From the human T2T-CHM13v2.0 reference genome, Homo sapiens: a DNA stretch of 64,000 bases. The stretch lies in NCBI RefSeq assembly GCF_009914755.1, contig NC_060935.1; one strand, written 5' to 3'. The notes below the pieces were generated by a model that was not told the DNA's origin, did no database searches, and was given only the letters and a program-made list of their open reading frames with translations. Each line of letters starts with the position of its first letter. Position 1 is the stretch's first letter. Made by a program: the position numbers and the translations under genes. Positions 24,751-40,080 of the stretch are shown piece after piece.

Positions 24751-27700
24751 CATGTCATCAGTGTAAGTGTTAAATGTGTAGGATTAATTGGAAAACCCTT
24801 GTTGTAAAGGTCATGTTTGTAGTCCTTTTCAAATCTTCAATGAGCAGACTGGATTTGAAAAGTGTTCAAATAGATCCCATCAACTGGTAAAGACTCCCAG
24901 GAAGTAGGGACTTTGATCACTGTGGAGAAACACAGGGAATAAAGATAAATTGGTGGTCATGCTTCCATTAACTACATCTCTGGATTCTTTAAAGAAAAAA
25001 TTCGAGTGTTTACTTTCTTTTTTGGTTTAAGTAAAAATTGATTAATTGTTGCTGAGTACTTTCATAGCTTGCGTAGTCACCATTTCAAAATATGAAGATA
25101 CTCTGATGGTCTGAACTCATTCTGAGCAAAAACATTGTCTTGAATAAGAAATAACAATTTTTCGTTGTATTTATGTAAAGGTTGAATTTTGGGATTAAAA
25201 TTAGAAGCATAAGTTCAGCTGTTTATAGTTACAGGAGTTGAGTGTTGAAGCCCACAATGATTAAACTAAAGACACTTAGATTAAACTTAACCAATTTTTA
25301 ATTGTCTTTAGAAAAGTACATCTGCTACTTGGGTGCCAGAGAGTGAGACTAAGTATCCCTGTATAAGTTCCACTCAAGGGGTCATGGAGGAAAAGAAAGA
25401 GAGAGAGAGAGAGATGGGTTTATATGGGTTTCTGGAACAATCAGCTAATAGAAGTAACTGTGAAGTTATCCTAATTGTTCCCCTCTACCCCAATATTAAG
25501 CTTGCCCAAATAACTTATAATTGAGAACATTGTTTGTTTTAAACTAAAATGATGCTTGTCTCATTTTTCCACTTGTGTTATAGTATAAACCTAGCTTGCC
25601 TGTATTTACCACATCTAGGTCTGTACTGGGCTTAAGTTAACGGGTAGATTGAACAGAGCTGAAGCAGACAAGAAGAACTAGCTACAGGCCCTTCCCCCTC
25701 CATGTGGTCAAAAAATAATTTTCTCACTTAAATTTTTCTGTTTTAAATTTCCAGAAACATGGATTCAGACACACTGCAAACCTTCCAGAGGGAGCTCTGT
25801 TGCTTTATCTGCAGGAACTACTTAACGGACACAGTCACCATTGACTGTGGGCATAGCTTTTGCAGGCCCTGCCTTTGTCTACGCTGGGAGGAAGGCCAAG
25901 CTCCAAAGGGCTGTCCTGTGTGTGGGAAAATCCCCCAGAAGACTGACTTCAACACCAATATTGTTCTCAAGAAGTTGGCTTCTCTTGCAAGGCAGCGCAG
26001 ACCTCACAACATCAACAGCTCAGAGAAGCAGATCTGTGTGCTACATGAAGAGGAAAAGGGGCTCTTCTGTGAGGCAGAGGAGAGACTCCTCTGTGGGCCC
26101 TGCTCTGAGTCACAAGAGCATGAGGCTTATGGCCACAGCCCAATAGGATGGGCTGCTGAGGAGTGCAGGGTAAGTGACACCTCCAATGCAACCGGGAATC
26201 CACATGATCCTAAATGAGAGAGAAAATGAGAGCTTATGATAATAAAGGTGGAGAGAATGGAGATGGTGAGGTTCTGAATTTTCAATATAAATCTCTAGAT
26301 ATAAATGTGTCCTAGGAACACGGTTTGTTTTTGCTGCAAGCTTGACTTCCCCAGAGCCAGGATATATGAAATCCAATTTCTTAAAAAATTGATTAGCTGT
26401 TGGGTCTCCTCAAACTCTCTATTATATGTTTCTGTTACCTCTTATATTCCAAATATTAAAATCAAATTAGGTTAACTTGTAAAAACTCTGACCACTTCAG
26501 GGGGACTCAAATTTACCATTCTCTCAACAACAGGCTTTTCTCATAAAAAGGGAATAACATATCCAGTAACGTCGTATCTGCTACTAAAGGTCATGTCTAT
26601 TTTGCAGGAGAAACTTCTGAAGAAAATGGATCATTTATGGAGGAGCACTCAAGAAATGCAAAACAATCTAAATCAGGAAATTAGCAAAATCCATTCATTA
26701 ACGGTAGGGATAAAAAGGTTTTATATTTTTAAAGTAGATTGGCACAATGCTAACTTAGACTTCTTAGCTGAATTCTGCTTACCAGTTAAAAAATAGTAGT
26801 GTCCTCTTCCCAGAAAAAAACAAAACAGTGGTTTCAAATGATATATCAGCAATTATCATTATACAGGCCAACAGGAGCTGGTGCAAAAAATACTAGTATG
26901 TACATGTATATGAAATAAACAGGGCATGATAGTTATTCCTGATGTAACCTTGAGGGTTTAGATAAAACTTCCAAGGCACTGAGAATGGGATAGCATTGAA
27001 CTGTTTAAAGCGTTGTATTCACATCAAGTAGTTTAAAGTTTTGCTGTGAAGGTGAGGAGAGAAATAGAGAAATTAGTGGGGAAAACAAAACCTGAAGTAA
27101 TTTCTTTAAAAACTCAGTGGTAGAGCGTATACTGAAATATTTAAAAATGTTTAGAAGGATCAGGCAAAGGAACAAGAGAAAATTAAGAAGAACCAGGTAA
27201 AAAAGACAATAATTAATGAAGTAAGAATCCTGTAGAAGCATCACAGGCAGGGATCTTGAGTCCTTTTGAGGTACTGATTTATACAGGAAGGGAGACTAGG
27301 AGGAACATGAAGAAAGGATGGGTAGAGGAGACTAGCAAATCTTCAAGAACCTTTTCAAGTATGAGACACAGAGCTTAGGAGTTTACTGCTTGCATATCCT
27401 AGGAGAATAACAGTTGAAGTGTTAAGTGTTTTGTTGAGAGTGAGGAGATGCAATTCTTTTAACTGAGTATCTCTGCAGGACTATGTGGCCCTCAGGAAAG
27501 GGATGATCAGATAACAATATCAGAAGTTGCGCCAATTTCTCCTGGAGGAGGAGCAACGCCATCTGGAGACAATGGACAGAGAAGCAGAAGAGATTGTTCG
27601 ACAACTCCAAGACGGTGAAGTAAGAATAACCCAACATATAAAAAAGACGAAAGGCATGTACAGAGAGCTGTGGGAGATGCGCCACATGCCGGATGTGAAG

Positions 27701-28399
27701 CTGCTCCAGATGAGGAGGGAGGGTCCATCATCCAGAGTCAGGAAGACTTTGTTGGGCAATGCTGCCAGGACATTCATATGCTACCTGCAAATGTAACTAC
27801 TCTTAGAAAGTGACACATGCTCCTTGACTCTGTCATTGCGTTTGTCCAGTGACTTATTTTTGCATATTCTGGTAATCTTTGGGAGATTTTTGCCATTTTG
27901 GTAGATCACGTAGGACAAAATCCTCTTCAGTATAATCAGAAGTACTAGCCACAAAGAAATGTTATCCAAAATCAACCAAATGCTAGGCCAGGAGAATATT
28001 AGCTTTGTTAATAAAACTCAATTTAAGTTCCCTAGTACGTCCTCACTTCTTGGGATTAAGCCTGGGAGATGAGTGACACTGAGAACTAGATAGCTGTGTA
28101 CATCACTCCACAGTCTTATTCTCAGCTCCTTCATTCCTAATGCCCACTGAGGAAGACCACCATGGTTCAGCTGAGGTTCTGTTATTAACACAGCCTTGGA
28201 TGGTGCCTTAGAGGTGTATCAATAAACCTACCTTGTTAACCCAGAAAAACAACAAAGAATACTAGGGAAAGTAGGACAGAATTCTCATGATTAAGTACTT
28301 GTGTTTTTCTTTGCAGGACTTGGAAAACATACTGGAATGGTGAGTTACACTAATGAACTTTGATTGCTGAGAAAGTCATTCCCTTATTGATAAAGTCAA

Positions 28400-28912
28400 T
28401 GTACCCTTGAAAGTCAATGTACCATTGAAAAAGGTGGGGATTACGTTCACTAACCACCTTCATGCAATTCCACATAGTTGAAAACCCAAGTATAACTTCT
28501 GACTTTTCCAAAACCAAACTACGAATGACCTCTTATTGACTGGAAGCCTGTTGATACCATAAACAGTCAATTAACATATATTGTATGTTATATGTATTAT
28601 ATGCTGTATCCTAACAATAAAGTAAGCTGGAGAAAAAATATAATTGAGAAAATTGTAAGGAAGAGAAAATAAATTTATTACTCATTAAGAAGTTGATCAC
28701 CATAAGGGTCTTCATCTTCATTGTCTTCACATTGAGTAGGCTGAAGAGGAGGAGGAAGAGAAGACAGTGTCTCAGCAGTGGCAGAGGCAGAAATAAAATA
28801 AATGGAGTGGGAGGCAGGAGAGGCAGGCAAGCTAGGTGAAACTTTCATTGAAAAAAATCCACTTATAAGTGGACCCCCAAATTTCAAACCCTTGTCGCTT
28901 AAGGGTCAACTA
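28400..28912 (-). mobile_element. Tigger2a/MER28-family DNA transposon
   Basis: gtcttcacattgagtaggctgaagaggaggagg...taagtggaccc...aagggtcaact terminus. Confidence 0.85.
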
Positions 28913-29028
28913 CATGTTTTGAGGTATTTAGCATTAATCTGTGGCTATGTTCCATTTTGGTTTCAAAGGAGAACCTGAGAACTTAAGCTTCTTTGTCTCA
29001 GAAGTTTCCTTCTTATATGGCTGAATGA

Positions 29029-30237
<1,209 letters not shown>

Positions 30238-31428
30238 CCCAGCAAATCTTAAGAAGATTACTCTGAGTTATCACAAAGGAGTCTCCTATTCTGGAGAGGC
30301 AGAGGCGAGAGGTGAAAAAGAGAGGGAAATGCCCTAAGGACAGGAAAGGGAGGGAGGATTTGTTCCCAGGGATATCAATAGCCAGGCCCTGCTCCATCTC
30401 TGCACTGCCCTGTTGTAGGTAGAATCTAAGAGGGGAATGGCTGCCTCAGGATCCTCAGCGCCAGAGCTGACAGGCTGAAAATAGACTCCTTTGGTTTGAA
30501 CAAAAGTTCAAAACCTTTAGTGTCAGTGGGCATTCCCTGTAAGACCCTGACTGCATCACTGGTGACAACTACCGACTGAGGTCCCAAAGGCTTTGGCTGA
30601 GTTTTCTTCTCTCAGCAAGAATCCCAGGATATCTGTATACTTTGAAGAGGCCGGAGGGGGAGAGGGAGGAAATGACACTCAGTAATTTTAAATTAGGATC
30701 ATGTATGAGAGAATAGAGAAATTGGACTTTAACATGTTAAATTTAGATAAAAGTAACATTGCTATATCCTCAATACAGTTGAATAAAATGTATACTGAAT
30801 TTAACAAAAAAGGGAGATTTCTCCAGAAATATCTTGGATGAAAATCTGAAACATGTGTATGACTGTGTGATTATCCCTGGGCCTAAAAGTGTAACTGAGG
30901 TTGTTCTTTGCAGGACAGATTTGGTGCAAATGGAAAAGCCCCAGCCAGTGAACCCAGAACTCACTTCCTGGCACATCACCGGAGTGCTAGATATGCTCAA
31001 CAAATTCAGAGGTAAGAGCCAGCTGCTTGGCAGTACAGCCTCAACTTCTGTTTAGTGGATTCCTTGGTTGAGCCGTTTCCCATTTTAGTTTTAATTTCTG
31101 TGAATTTATCATATATTGTAGAAATAATATTTATCATAAAAATTAGAAAGCGTTGACCAACCAAATAACTAAAACTTCCATAAACAGAACAACTTTACTG
31201 CTGTAAGATACATTTCACAACAACTGGAAGCTGAGGGTTCTGTGAAAATGGCCCAAACATGTAAGGCAGCCATTAGACAACAGAGGGCTAAAACCGGGAT
31301 TAGACTGAATGAAGCAGTGGCTGACCAGGTCACGTAAAAGCAGAACATGATCATTATTTTCAGAAACTTCTAAACTGCACATGTATGGAAGTCCATCAAA
31401 TTCTGATGTTTAAACATGGAGGAGGTGA

Positions 31429-31729
<301 letters not shown>

Positions 31730-32812
31730 TTATATCCCACTAAACAAGAGCATCATAGCAGAGTGAAGTCTATTTGTTAATTATATTGAATACAAACAAT
31801 GCAAGTGGCATTTTCTACTAAATAAATAAAGAATGTTACATATCTCTTGAAACGAATCGTGCAAAGCCAGACATTAAATCATTGATTCACACAATTAATG
31901 ATATGTTTGTTTATTTGTTTTTCTGTGTGATTTTAAGGATTCTCCTGTGCTGTAGAAGTCATAATAACCCTTGATCTTCATAGATGACAGTCTCCAAAGT
32001 CTTTTTGCTCCATGTATTCTGTCTGTCACTTACAGGAGGTACAAATAAAGCCAGTACCTGGGCAGATAACATCTGACCCCCACGTAACTCCTTGATCTGA
32101 TTTTTGTTCTTCTTGCAGTGGATGATCCTCTGAGTAAGGAAAAGACGAGTCACTATATGAGCCTTTCTGAGGATGTGAGAAATGTGGTATTTGGAGATGA
32201 CCATGATGGTGCACCCGGGGAGTCCCAGAGAGCAGAGAACTTTGCAGCATGGGGAGCTCAGGCCTTCTCCTCTGGCAGGCATTACTGGGAAGTGGATGTA
32301 ACCCAGTCCTCCAGCTGGATTCTAGGAGTCTGTAAAGATTCCAGGACAGCAAACACAAATCATGTTCCTGCTTTTGAGGAAGCATTTTTTCAATTTTCTT
32401 CAAAGAGAAACAGCCTTTATAGCCTCTCCAACACCTTTCTTCCCTTAACTCACTATGTGCAAAGACCTTTGGGTCGGGTTGGGATGTTTCTGGATTATGA
32501 CAACACAGTTGTGAGCTTTTATGATGTTTCAAAAGGTTCCCTCATATACAGCCTTTTCCCTTTCTCTTTGTCTTCCCTTTTGACACCTTTCTTTTGTTTT
32601 GGTTCCCCATGAAAGTCAGGTTTCATTATGATTTCCTAGTGAGCTCTCTTGCTTGAAAAATCTTCTAATCTCGAGACCTTCTCATGTGAGACAATAGGAC
32701 AATGTGTGAGCATCTTTGAGCTCACTGTAAGTTGAGGAAACAAAATTATTATCTGGGTATGAAATGGGATAACCACATTGACATTATACATTTGTTTCCT
32801 AAATTTTACTTT

Positions 32813-32818
32813 AATAAA
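32813..32818 (+). terminator. AATAAA poly(A) signal of the TRIM64-like gene
   Basis: Canonical hexamer 200 nt after the TGA. Confidence 0.65.
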
Positions 32819-33287
32819 GAGTTGTGAAAAACCATAACTGTCTGATTCCTGGACATTTTATATACCCCAAAATGAAACCCAAAACTCTTTATCATTACTC
32901 TCTATTCATTGCGCCTTCCCCACCCACTCGACTCACAATCCCTTTTGTACTTTAGATCTTTGTGGATTTGTGTATTGTAGACACTTTATGCAAAGCAAAT
33001 AATACAAAATATGGTCTGGATCATCAGTTACTAAAAATTGCAGATTTTTGTAAATGTGCAAAATATATTAGTTATAAGAGTAAACTGTACTGTCTTACTG
33101 ACATATATGCTTAATTATAGTTCTTTGTTTCAATGGCCCTTGCATGCTTTCCAAAGTAGCATCATAAAATGTAAACTTAGACTGGAAAAGCTTTGAAGAA
33201 GTTTGTTTTGATGCAAATAATTTTTAGCTGAACAAATTCTTCTTCTTCTTTTTTTTTTTTTTTTTTTTTTTTTGCTTCTAGCGCAGA

Positions 33288-33588
33288 TTATTTATTTATT
33301 TATTTTATTTTATTTTTTTGAGACGGTGACTCCCTCTATCCCCCAGGCTGGAAATACAGATGCCTGACATGGGCTCACTGCAACCTCCGCCTCCCGGGTT
33401 CAAGCGATTCTCAGCCTCCTGAGTTGCTGGGATTACAGCAACCCCTGGCTAATTTTTGTATTTTTAATCGAGACCACAGGATTTCACCATGTTGGCCAGG
33501 CTGGTCCCAAACTCCTGATCTCAAGTGATATGCCCGCCTCAGCCTCCCAAAGTGCTGGCATGACAAATGTGAGCCACCAAACGCGGCT
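33288..33588 (-). mobile_element. AluS preceded by a poly(T) tract (33248-33273)
   Basis: Antisense Alu. Confidence 0.9.
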
Positions 33589-34699
33589 GATTCTTATCTT
33601 CAATATTCTCATAAATGCTGGATTCAGAAAAACCACTGGTTTATCAAAGTCATTTTATTATCAGCTATGTTTTCTTCAATGTTAACTTCAAATTGGGAGT
33701 CTTGGTAATAAAAGATCAGTAATTGTGCATTGTCTTTCATGATAAATTTGGTCCATCCTGACTATGTGCCATTCTTTGCAAAGGATAAACAGCTTGTGAG
33801 TCAGATCTGGAGTTAATGAAACCTTCAGATTCCGTAAGCAAATAAGTAGAGACGCTGTGTTTAAATTGTCTGAAGCCATCCTTGCCTCTGGGATATTTCC
33901 CTCTTATTGGGAAGCTAACTCATATGGCTCTAGAAATAGTGTACTCCTAAGTGTTGTTAAGAGTCTGCAGGCAGGTAAATCTTTAATGCTTTCAACGAAT
34001 TTCCCTTTTCTTAAAAAGTCTGTGAAAACCATCCTTTAAAACTTCTTGCATCAACGTAATTTTAGAAAAAAAGATGGAACCAAAGCCAGAGGTGGTGGTA
34101 AAGGCTACAGCCAAATTGAAGGGTCACAGCAGCATAGGAGACAGGAGGCTCAGAAGAAAGCCAGGCAGAAAACATAAAAACCTCTGGAGACTATGCATGA
34201 GCCTTGTGCTTCTCTTGAAGCCCGACGCCAGCGGTGATTCCAGCACATCTGTGGTCCTTCAGTCTTGCAGTCTCCAGATCCCTCAGTCCCCTATTACAAA
34301 AGTTTCGGAATCTGTTTTCATTTGGATAGAAAAGAGGGGTCAGAAAATTAAGAACTTTACCAGGTTTGGACAGAGCAAGCTGGGATAGAGTGGTAGGTGT
34401 TGAAATTAGCTGTGGATACAGAAACTTGTACTTGGAGAATAGTGGTATTTGTTGTGAATTTCCAAAAGACAATATTGAACCAAGGTCATACATCCCAGGT
34501 TAAAAGTTTGTAAATAGACTATTTTACAGGACTCTCCCTGAAAAGTGAAACTTTGAAGAATGACCTGTTGGTGGTATTAGGAAAGAAATAGAGGCCATAG
34601 TGAGGGAAGGAAGGAGGGATGAAGGGAGCAGAGAATGTGAACTGGCATGCCAGACAGATTAAAAAATAATGAAAACAAAAGCAAAAATTACAGATTCCA

Positions 34700-35776
34700 T
34701 ACATTTCTCAAAGGAAGACATTTATGCAGCCATCAAACATATGAAAAAAAGGTCATAATCATTGATCAGTAGATGCAAATCAAAGCCACAATGAGATACC
34801 ATCTCATGCCAGTTAGAATGGCAATCATGAAAAAGTCAGGAAACAATTGTGGCAATTCCTCAAGGATCTAGAACCAGAAATACCATTTGACCCAGCAATC
34901 CCACTACTGGGTATATACTCAAAGGACAATAAATCATTCTACTATAAAGACACATGCACACTTAGGTTTATTGCAGCACTGTTCACCATAGCAAAGACTT
35001 GGAACCAACCAAAATGTCCATCAATGATAGGCTGGATAAGGAAAATGTGGCACATATACACCATGGAATACTATGCAGCCATGAAAAAGGATGAGTTTGG
35101 CTGGGTGCCAGGCTCACGCCTGTAATCCCAGCACTTTGGGAGGCCGAGGCAGGTGGATCACGAGGTCAGGAAATGGAAACCATCCTGGCTAACACGGTGA
35201 AACCCTGTCTCTACTAAAAATACAAAAAAATAAAAAATTAGCTGGGCATGGTGGCTGTCACCTGTAGTCCCAGCTACTCGGGAGGCTGAGGCAGGAGAAT
35301 GTCGTGAACCCGGGGGCGGGGTTTTCAGTGAGCCAAGATTGCACCACTGCACTCTAGCCTGGGCGACAGAGTCAGACTCCTTCAAAAAAAAAAAAAAAAA
35401 AAAAAAGGATGAGTTCATGTCCTTTGCAGAGACATGGATGAAGCTTGAAACCATCATTCTCAGCAAACTAACACAAGAACAGGAAAACAAACATCGCATG
35501 TTCTCACTCATAAGTGGGGGTTGAACAACGAGAACACATGGTCACAGGGAGGGGAACATCACACACCAGGGCCTATCTGGGGGTTGGGGGATAGGGGAGG
35601 AATAGCGTTAGGTGAAATACCTAATGTAGATGACAGGTTGATGGGTGCAGCAAACCACCAAGGCACATGTATACCTATGCAACAAACCTGCACTTTCTGC
35701 ACATGTATCCCAGAACTTAAAGTATAATTAAAAAAAAAAAAAAGTAAAACACAAGCAAAGAAACAAACAAAAACCC
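34700..35776 (+). mobile_element. 5'-truncated L1PA (about L1PA7/8) with internal deletion and nested AluY
   Basis: ORF2 C-terminal pieces (34847-35125), 3'UTR, poly(A) ~35730; flanking repeat TACAGATTCCA at 34689-34699 and 35777-35787. Confidence 0.93.
35099..35401 (+). mobile_element. AluY inserted in L1
   Basis: TSD AAAAAGGATGAGTT at 35084-35097 and 35402-35415. Confidence 0.95.
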
Positions 35777-36349
35777 TACAGATTCCAAGACAAATTGGCT
35801 TAGGTATTTGATATGTAGGGGGGAAAATGCAGGGGAAAATTATCGTAAAGCGACATTAACTTTGGAGTTTGAAGAAATTGGTGGGTCTTGCTTTCAATAT
35901 GTCAAGGATGTGACTTCTGAAGGTGTGAATAGCAACATCCCTCAATAAATCCGTGTGCTAATTAATAACAGACACTCCCACATTTTTATCATTAAGATCC
36001 CACCTAATCCTAATTCAGATACTCATTCTAATTAATGCAATCATCTCAGAATTTCAAAGATATTTGTTGGCCAGTTAGTGACTATTAGTTATCCTTAGAA
36101 AGAAACTATTTGAGAGGAACATTTAGAGGTACTTATCAATTTTTAAGTGTACATATATTTTAAACCTATAATATCATTAGTATGGAAATTTCCATAAAAA
36201 TGCACAAGGATATATATATATTACGTATATTGTGGCAATATTTTCAATATAACAAGGGAGAGAATATAGTTCAACAAAACACTGCGTAATCTATTGTACT
36301 CTCTATAAATATGAACAACATCTGCATATACTCATAACCAGCCACTTGC

Positions 36350-36765
36350 TTAACTAAAAAAAAGTGATCTCATGGAATTAAAAAGTAAAACAGAGGATAC
36401 TAGTGGCTAGGAACGGTAGAAGGCAGAGGGTATAGGGAGAGGTACAAAATTAAATATAATTAAATATAATGAATACTAAAAGAGAAAATAAATACAATTT
36501 AAAAATACAAAATTATAGGTAGATGGGAGGTATAAGTTGTAACGGTCTATAGCATTGCAAGATGATTATAATTAACAGTAATATATACTTTCAAATAGCT
36601 AGAATGAGGATATTGCAGGTTCCCTAAAAAAAAAGAAATGGTAAATGTTTGAGACAATGTGCTAAATACTCTGATCTGATTACTATGCATCATATGTATC
36701 AAAACATCACTATCTACCCTACAAATATGTAAAATTATGTGTCTATTAAAAATAAAATTTTAAAG
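36350..36765 (+). mobile_element. L1MA-type 3'UTR fragment
   Basis: tttcaaatagctagaatgaggatattg...ctgatctgattactatgcat. Confidence 0.8.
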
Positions 36766-37889
36766 TACTGATTCCTTGATATCCTCTGTACAGTGATAGC
36801 TTATTTTTCTAATATTCTTTTAATGGGTAATCAAACACAAAAAATGGTTTGACCTGCAAGATAACATAAGAATAAATGTAAAAATATATGAGTCAGGTTC
36901 AGAGTTGGAAATTTGTGTCCACAATGTCATTTTAAAATTAGCAATACTACATAGTTGATAATTGAAAGATATAATTAATCATGGAATAATTATCAGATGC
37001 ATTTTCTCTCCAGGAATGTCTCTATAACAAATCAATTAGAAGGAATCAAATCAATCGGTTCTGTATTTATAAAATGGTACGTGACCTGATGCATTCATCT
37101 CTAGTGTAAGGAAAGAATATTTTTTAAATCTCATGGCACAAGACCCCCTCTATTTCAGAAAATATTTTTGAAGGCATTGCCAAAATGTGTGTTTTGTATA
37201 ATGTTATTATATAAAATACAAAAACTATGCATTTAATAATCCTACCCCTCAGTAACATAAATGTAAATTATTCTATTTTAAATGGTCCAAGGAATGAACA
37301 GATTATTTATTCTATTTATTCTATTAAAGAGGAAGTAAAGAGAACCATTAAACGTTGGAGAAAATGCTTAAATTGATTAGTATTTCAGAAGATGGAAAAT
37401 CAAAGAGTACATTACCGTAAATATGCATTAGATTGTCAAAAGTTAGTTATTTAATTGCATCCCATAGTAACCAATTCAAGTGACCTTTTCCAGCAAAACA
37501 GTGACAATATAAAAGATCCGGGTTTCGGTGACTTCCTCCAGATAACCTCCATCAGAAATGTCTTGGATATTTCTATATTAAGACAGAAAACTTATATTGT
37601 TATACTTACTTATTTGTATATCTGCATAATCTACTTGCAGTGACACAGGATATTAATATTATTTATCTTTGATATTGTGCAATGGAAGAAGTGTTGCACA
37701 TAGACACAAATAGAAACAAACTTTATTCTTTACACTTACTAGTAGGAAGAGGATAAAGGTTCACAGAACTTTATAGGCAGTTTGGATGCTATGAATGGTA
37801 ATCAAAGACTTAGAAACTAAGGCTTAGTTTTAAAAAGTGTTGCGTGAATTAAAAATCTTACATATTTATCTATGCAATTACAATTTCTG

Positions 37890-37897
37890 GTGCTCTT

Positions 37898-37930
<33 letters not shown>

Positions 37931-37950
37931 TGTGTGTTCGTGTGTATGTA
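37890..37950. repeat. (TG)n microsatellite
   Basis: Direct. Confidence 0.95.
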
Positions 37951-38278
37951 TTGCAATGTGAGTCTGATTTTTTTCAGCTTTTTTGCGTCTGAATAAGGAC
38001 TTTATTTTTCTTTGAAAAAATGTATTGTTTTGGAAAGATTTTCCTTGGGTATAGAACTCAGATTGACAATATTTTTCTTTATTGTTACTTCAAGGATGTT
38101 TTCCATTCCTAGTCACTTGCACTATACCTGACAAAAAATTAATTGACATTTTTTTCTTTTTTTCTGAAGATTATGTCTGTTTTCCTTTACCTCCCACCCT
38201 CCCTCCCTCGGTCCCTTTCTTCCTTTTTCCTTCCTTTATTTTATTCTTTCATTTTTTGTCACTGATTTTAAGCAATTA

Positions 38279-38681
38279 TTAGAGTGGGGCATAAGTAATT
38301 GTGGTTTTTACCATTGAAAGTAAAGGCAGGCCATGCACGGTGGCTCACGCCTCTAATTCAAGCACTTTGGGAGGCTGAAGCAGGTGGACTACCTAAGGTC
38401 AGGAGTTCGAGACCAGATTGGCTGATACCGCAAAAACCCATCTCTACTAAAAATACAAAAATTAGCCGGGCATGGTGGTGGGTGCCTGTAGTCCCAGCTA
38501 CTTGGGAGGCTGTGGCAGGAAAAATCGCTTGAACCCAGGAGGTGAAGGTTGCGGTGAGTGGAGATCGCGCCACTGCACACCAGCCTGGGCGAGAGAGTGA
38601 GACTCTGTCTCAAAAAAAAAAAGAAAAAAAAGAAAAAAAAAAGTAATGGCAAAACCGCAATTACTTTTTGCACCAACCTAA
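38279..38681. mobile_element. MADE1 (Hsmar1 MITE) split by an AluS (38329-38639)
   Basis: Left arm ..ataagtaattgtggtttttaccattgaaag; right arm aaaaccgcaattactttttgcaccaacctaa; Alu TSD AAAGTAA(A/T)GGCA at 38317-38328 and 38640-38651. Confidence 0.9.
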
Positions 38682-40080
38682 TAGATTATGATGAATATTG
38701 CTATAGCTCTAGTTTAACTTTTTTCCCCTTCCTTTTCTTCACACTTTGTAATCTAATACGATGCAAATCTAATCAGCCTGTAATCCCTGTCAATGTTGTT
38801 CTCATTTAAGAAGTTGTAGATTGTATGTCTCTTATACAAATTTCTCTTTTTACATCTACCATATCTCTACATACTTTATTTGAATATAAAAAAATATAAA
38901 AAATATAGTTATTTCAAAAGTTGTAATGTCCTGATCTGCTAATTCTAGCATCTCTGTCAATCCTGTTTTAATTTGTATTGATTATTTTTTTCTCTTTATG
39001 GGCATTTTTTTGTACTTCTTTACTCTGTTGGTAATTTTTTACTGTATTACAGACATAGTGAATTTTTTTACTGCAAATGTATTTTTAAAAATATTTTTGA
39101 GTGCTATTTGTGAGCACTGTTGAGTTTTTTGGAAATAATTTGATCCTTTTGGATCTCTCTTTGAGAGTTTGTTAGCCTAGTCTGGAACAAGGTTGAAAAA
39201 GGATCTATCTGGACACATTTATTTCCTACTGCTGTGCCAACTATTTTCTGTCTACTCTACCCATCATCCTAGAGAATAGTTATAAATAATTTTGGGTAAT
39301 GTGTATTATTAATAAGCACACATTTATGCACTTTACTGAGGATACTATGCTGCTAAAAACTGATAAAAGAAATCTTGTTAATGTTTTTGAAATCATTTGC
39401 CACAGGAGAGATTAGTTGCGTTTTAGAATCTAAGCTCGTTTTTAAAAAGCACAGTGGTAAAAAATTAACAGCACCTTAATAGGGTCTACCTGGAATATAT
39501 ACACTCATATTGTGGAAAGCTTAGAAAGGCATTTCTTCCAAAAACTCTTCATGGCTAGAGCTGTATCTAGGTAAGAAACACTTCAGAATAGGAAGGCATC
39601 CAGATTTCATTATTCAGTTTTGGTAGAGTTGGGAAGTGAGTTTTTCATTTAAAATTACTCTTTATTATTTTCCCACGTTTTTGCCTTTTTTGTTTGAATA
39701 CTATTTACAAAATTTTGTAAACTAAATATTAAAATGAGGAAATAAGCAATAATCAAAGTAGATGACTTGGGAAGAGTCAACGGCCTAGAAAAATGTGCAT
39801 GTCAAAACATGGCTTCACTTAATTACCAGTATTCTTTCCACACAGCTCATCCTTTTGACTGTTAAACTTTTGGTAATAACTTTTTTGCAGACATCTTCTC
39901 ATACTTGTAAACCACTACAAGGAAATAAATAGAGGCCCACATACAAATGTCCAAATGTTTAAAATGTATAACTGTAGCTAACAATCTGTCAATAAATATT
40001 TTGCATCCTTTTTCTTTAAAAAACAGTATATGACTTCCTCATAACACAGAAGGCTGTGCTGGAGTTTAGAACTGCCAGAT

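Noticed and set aside
38299-38809. Overlapping ORFs over Alu elements (also 6371, 15963, 31481, 35158)
   Set aside because: Typical Alu-derived spurious ORFs
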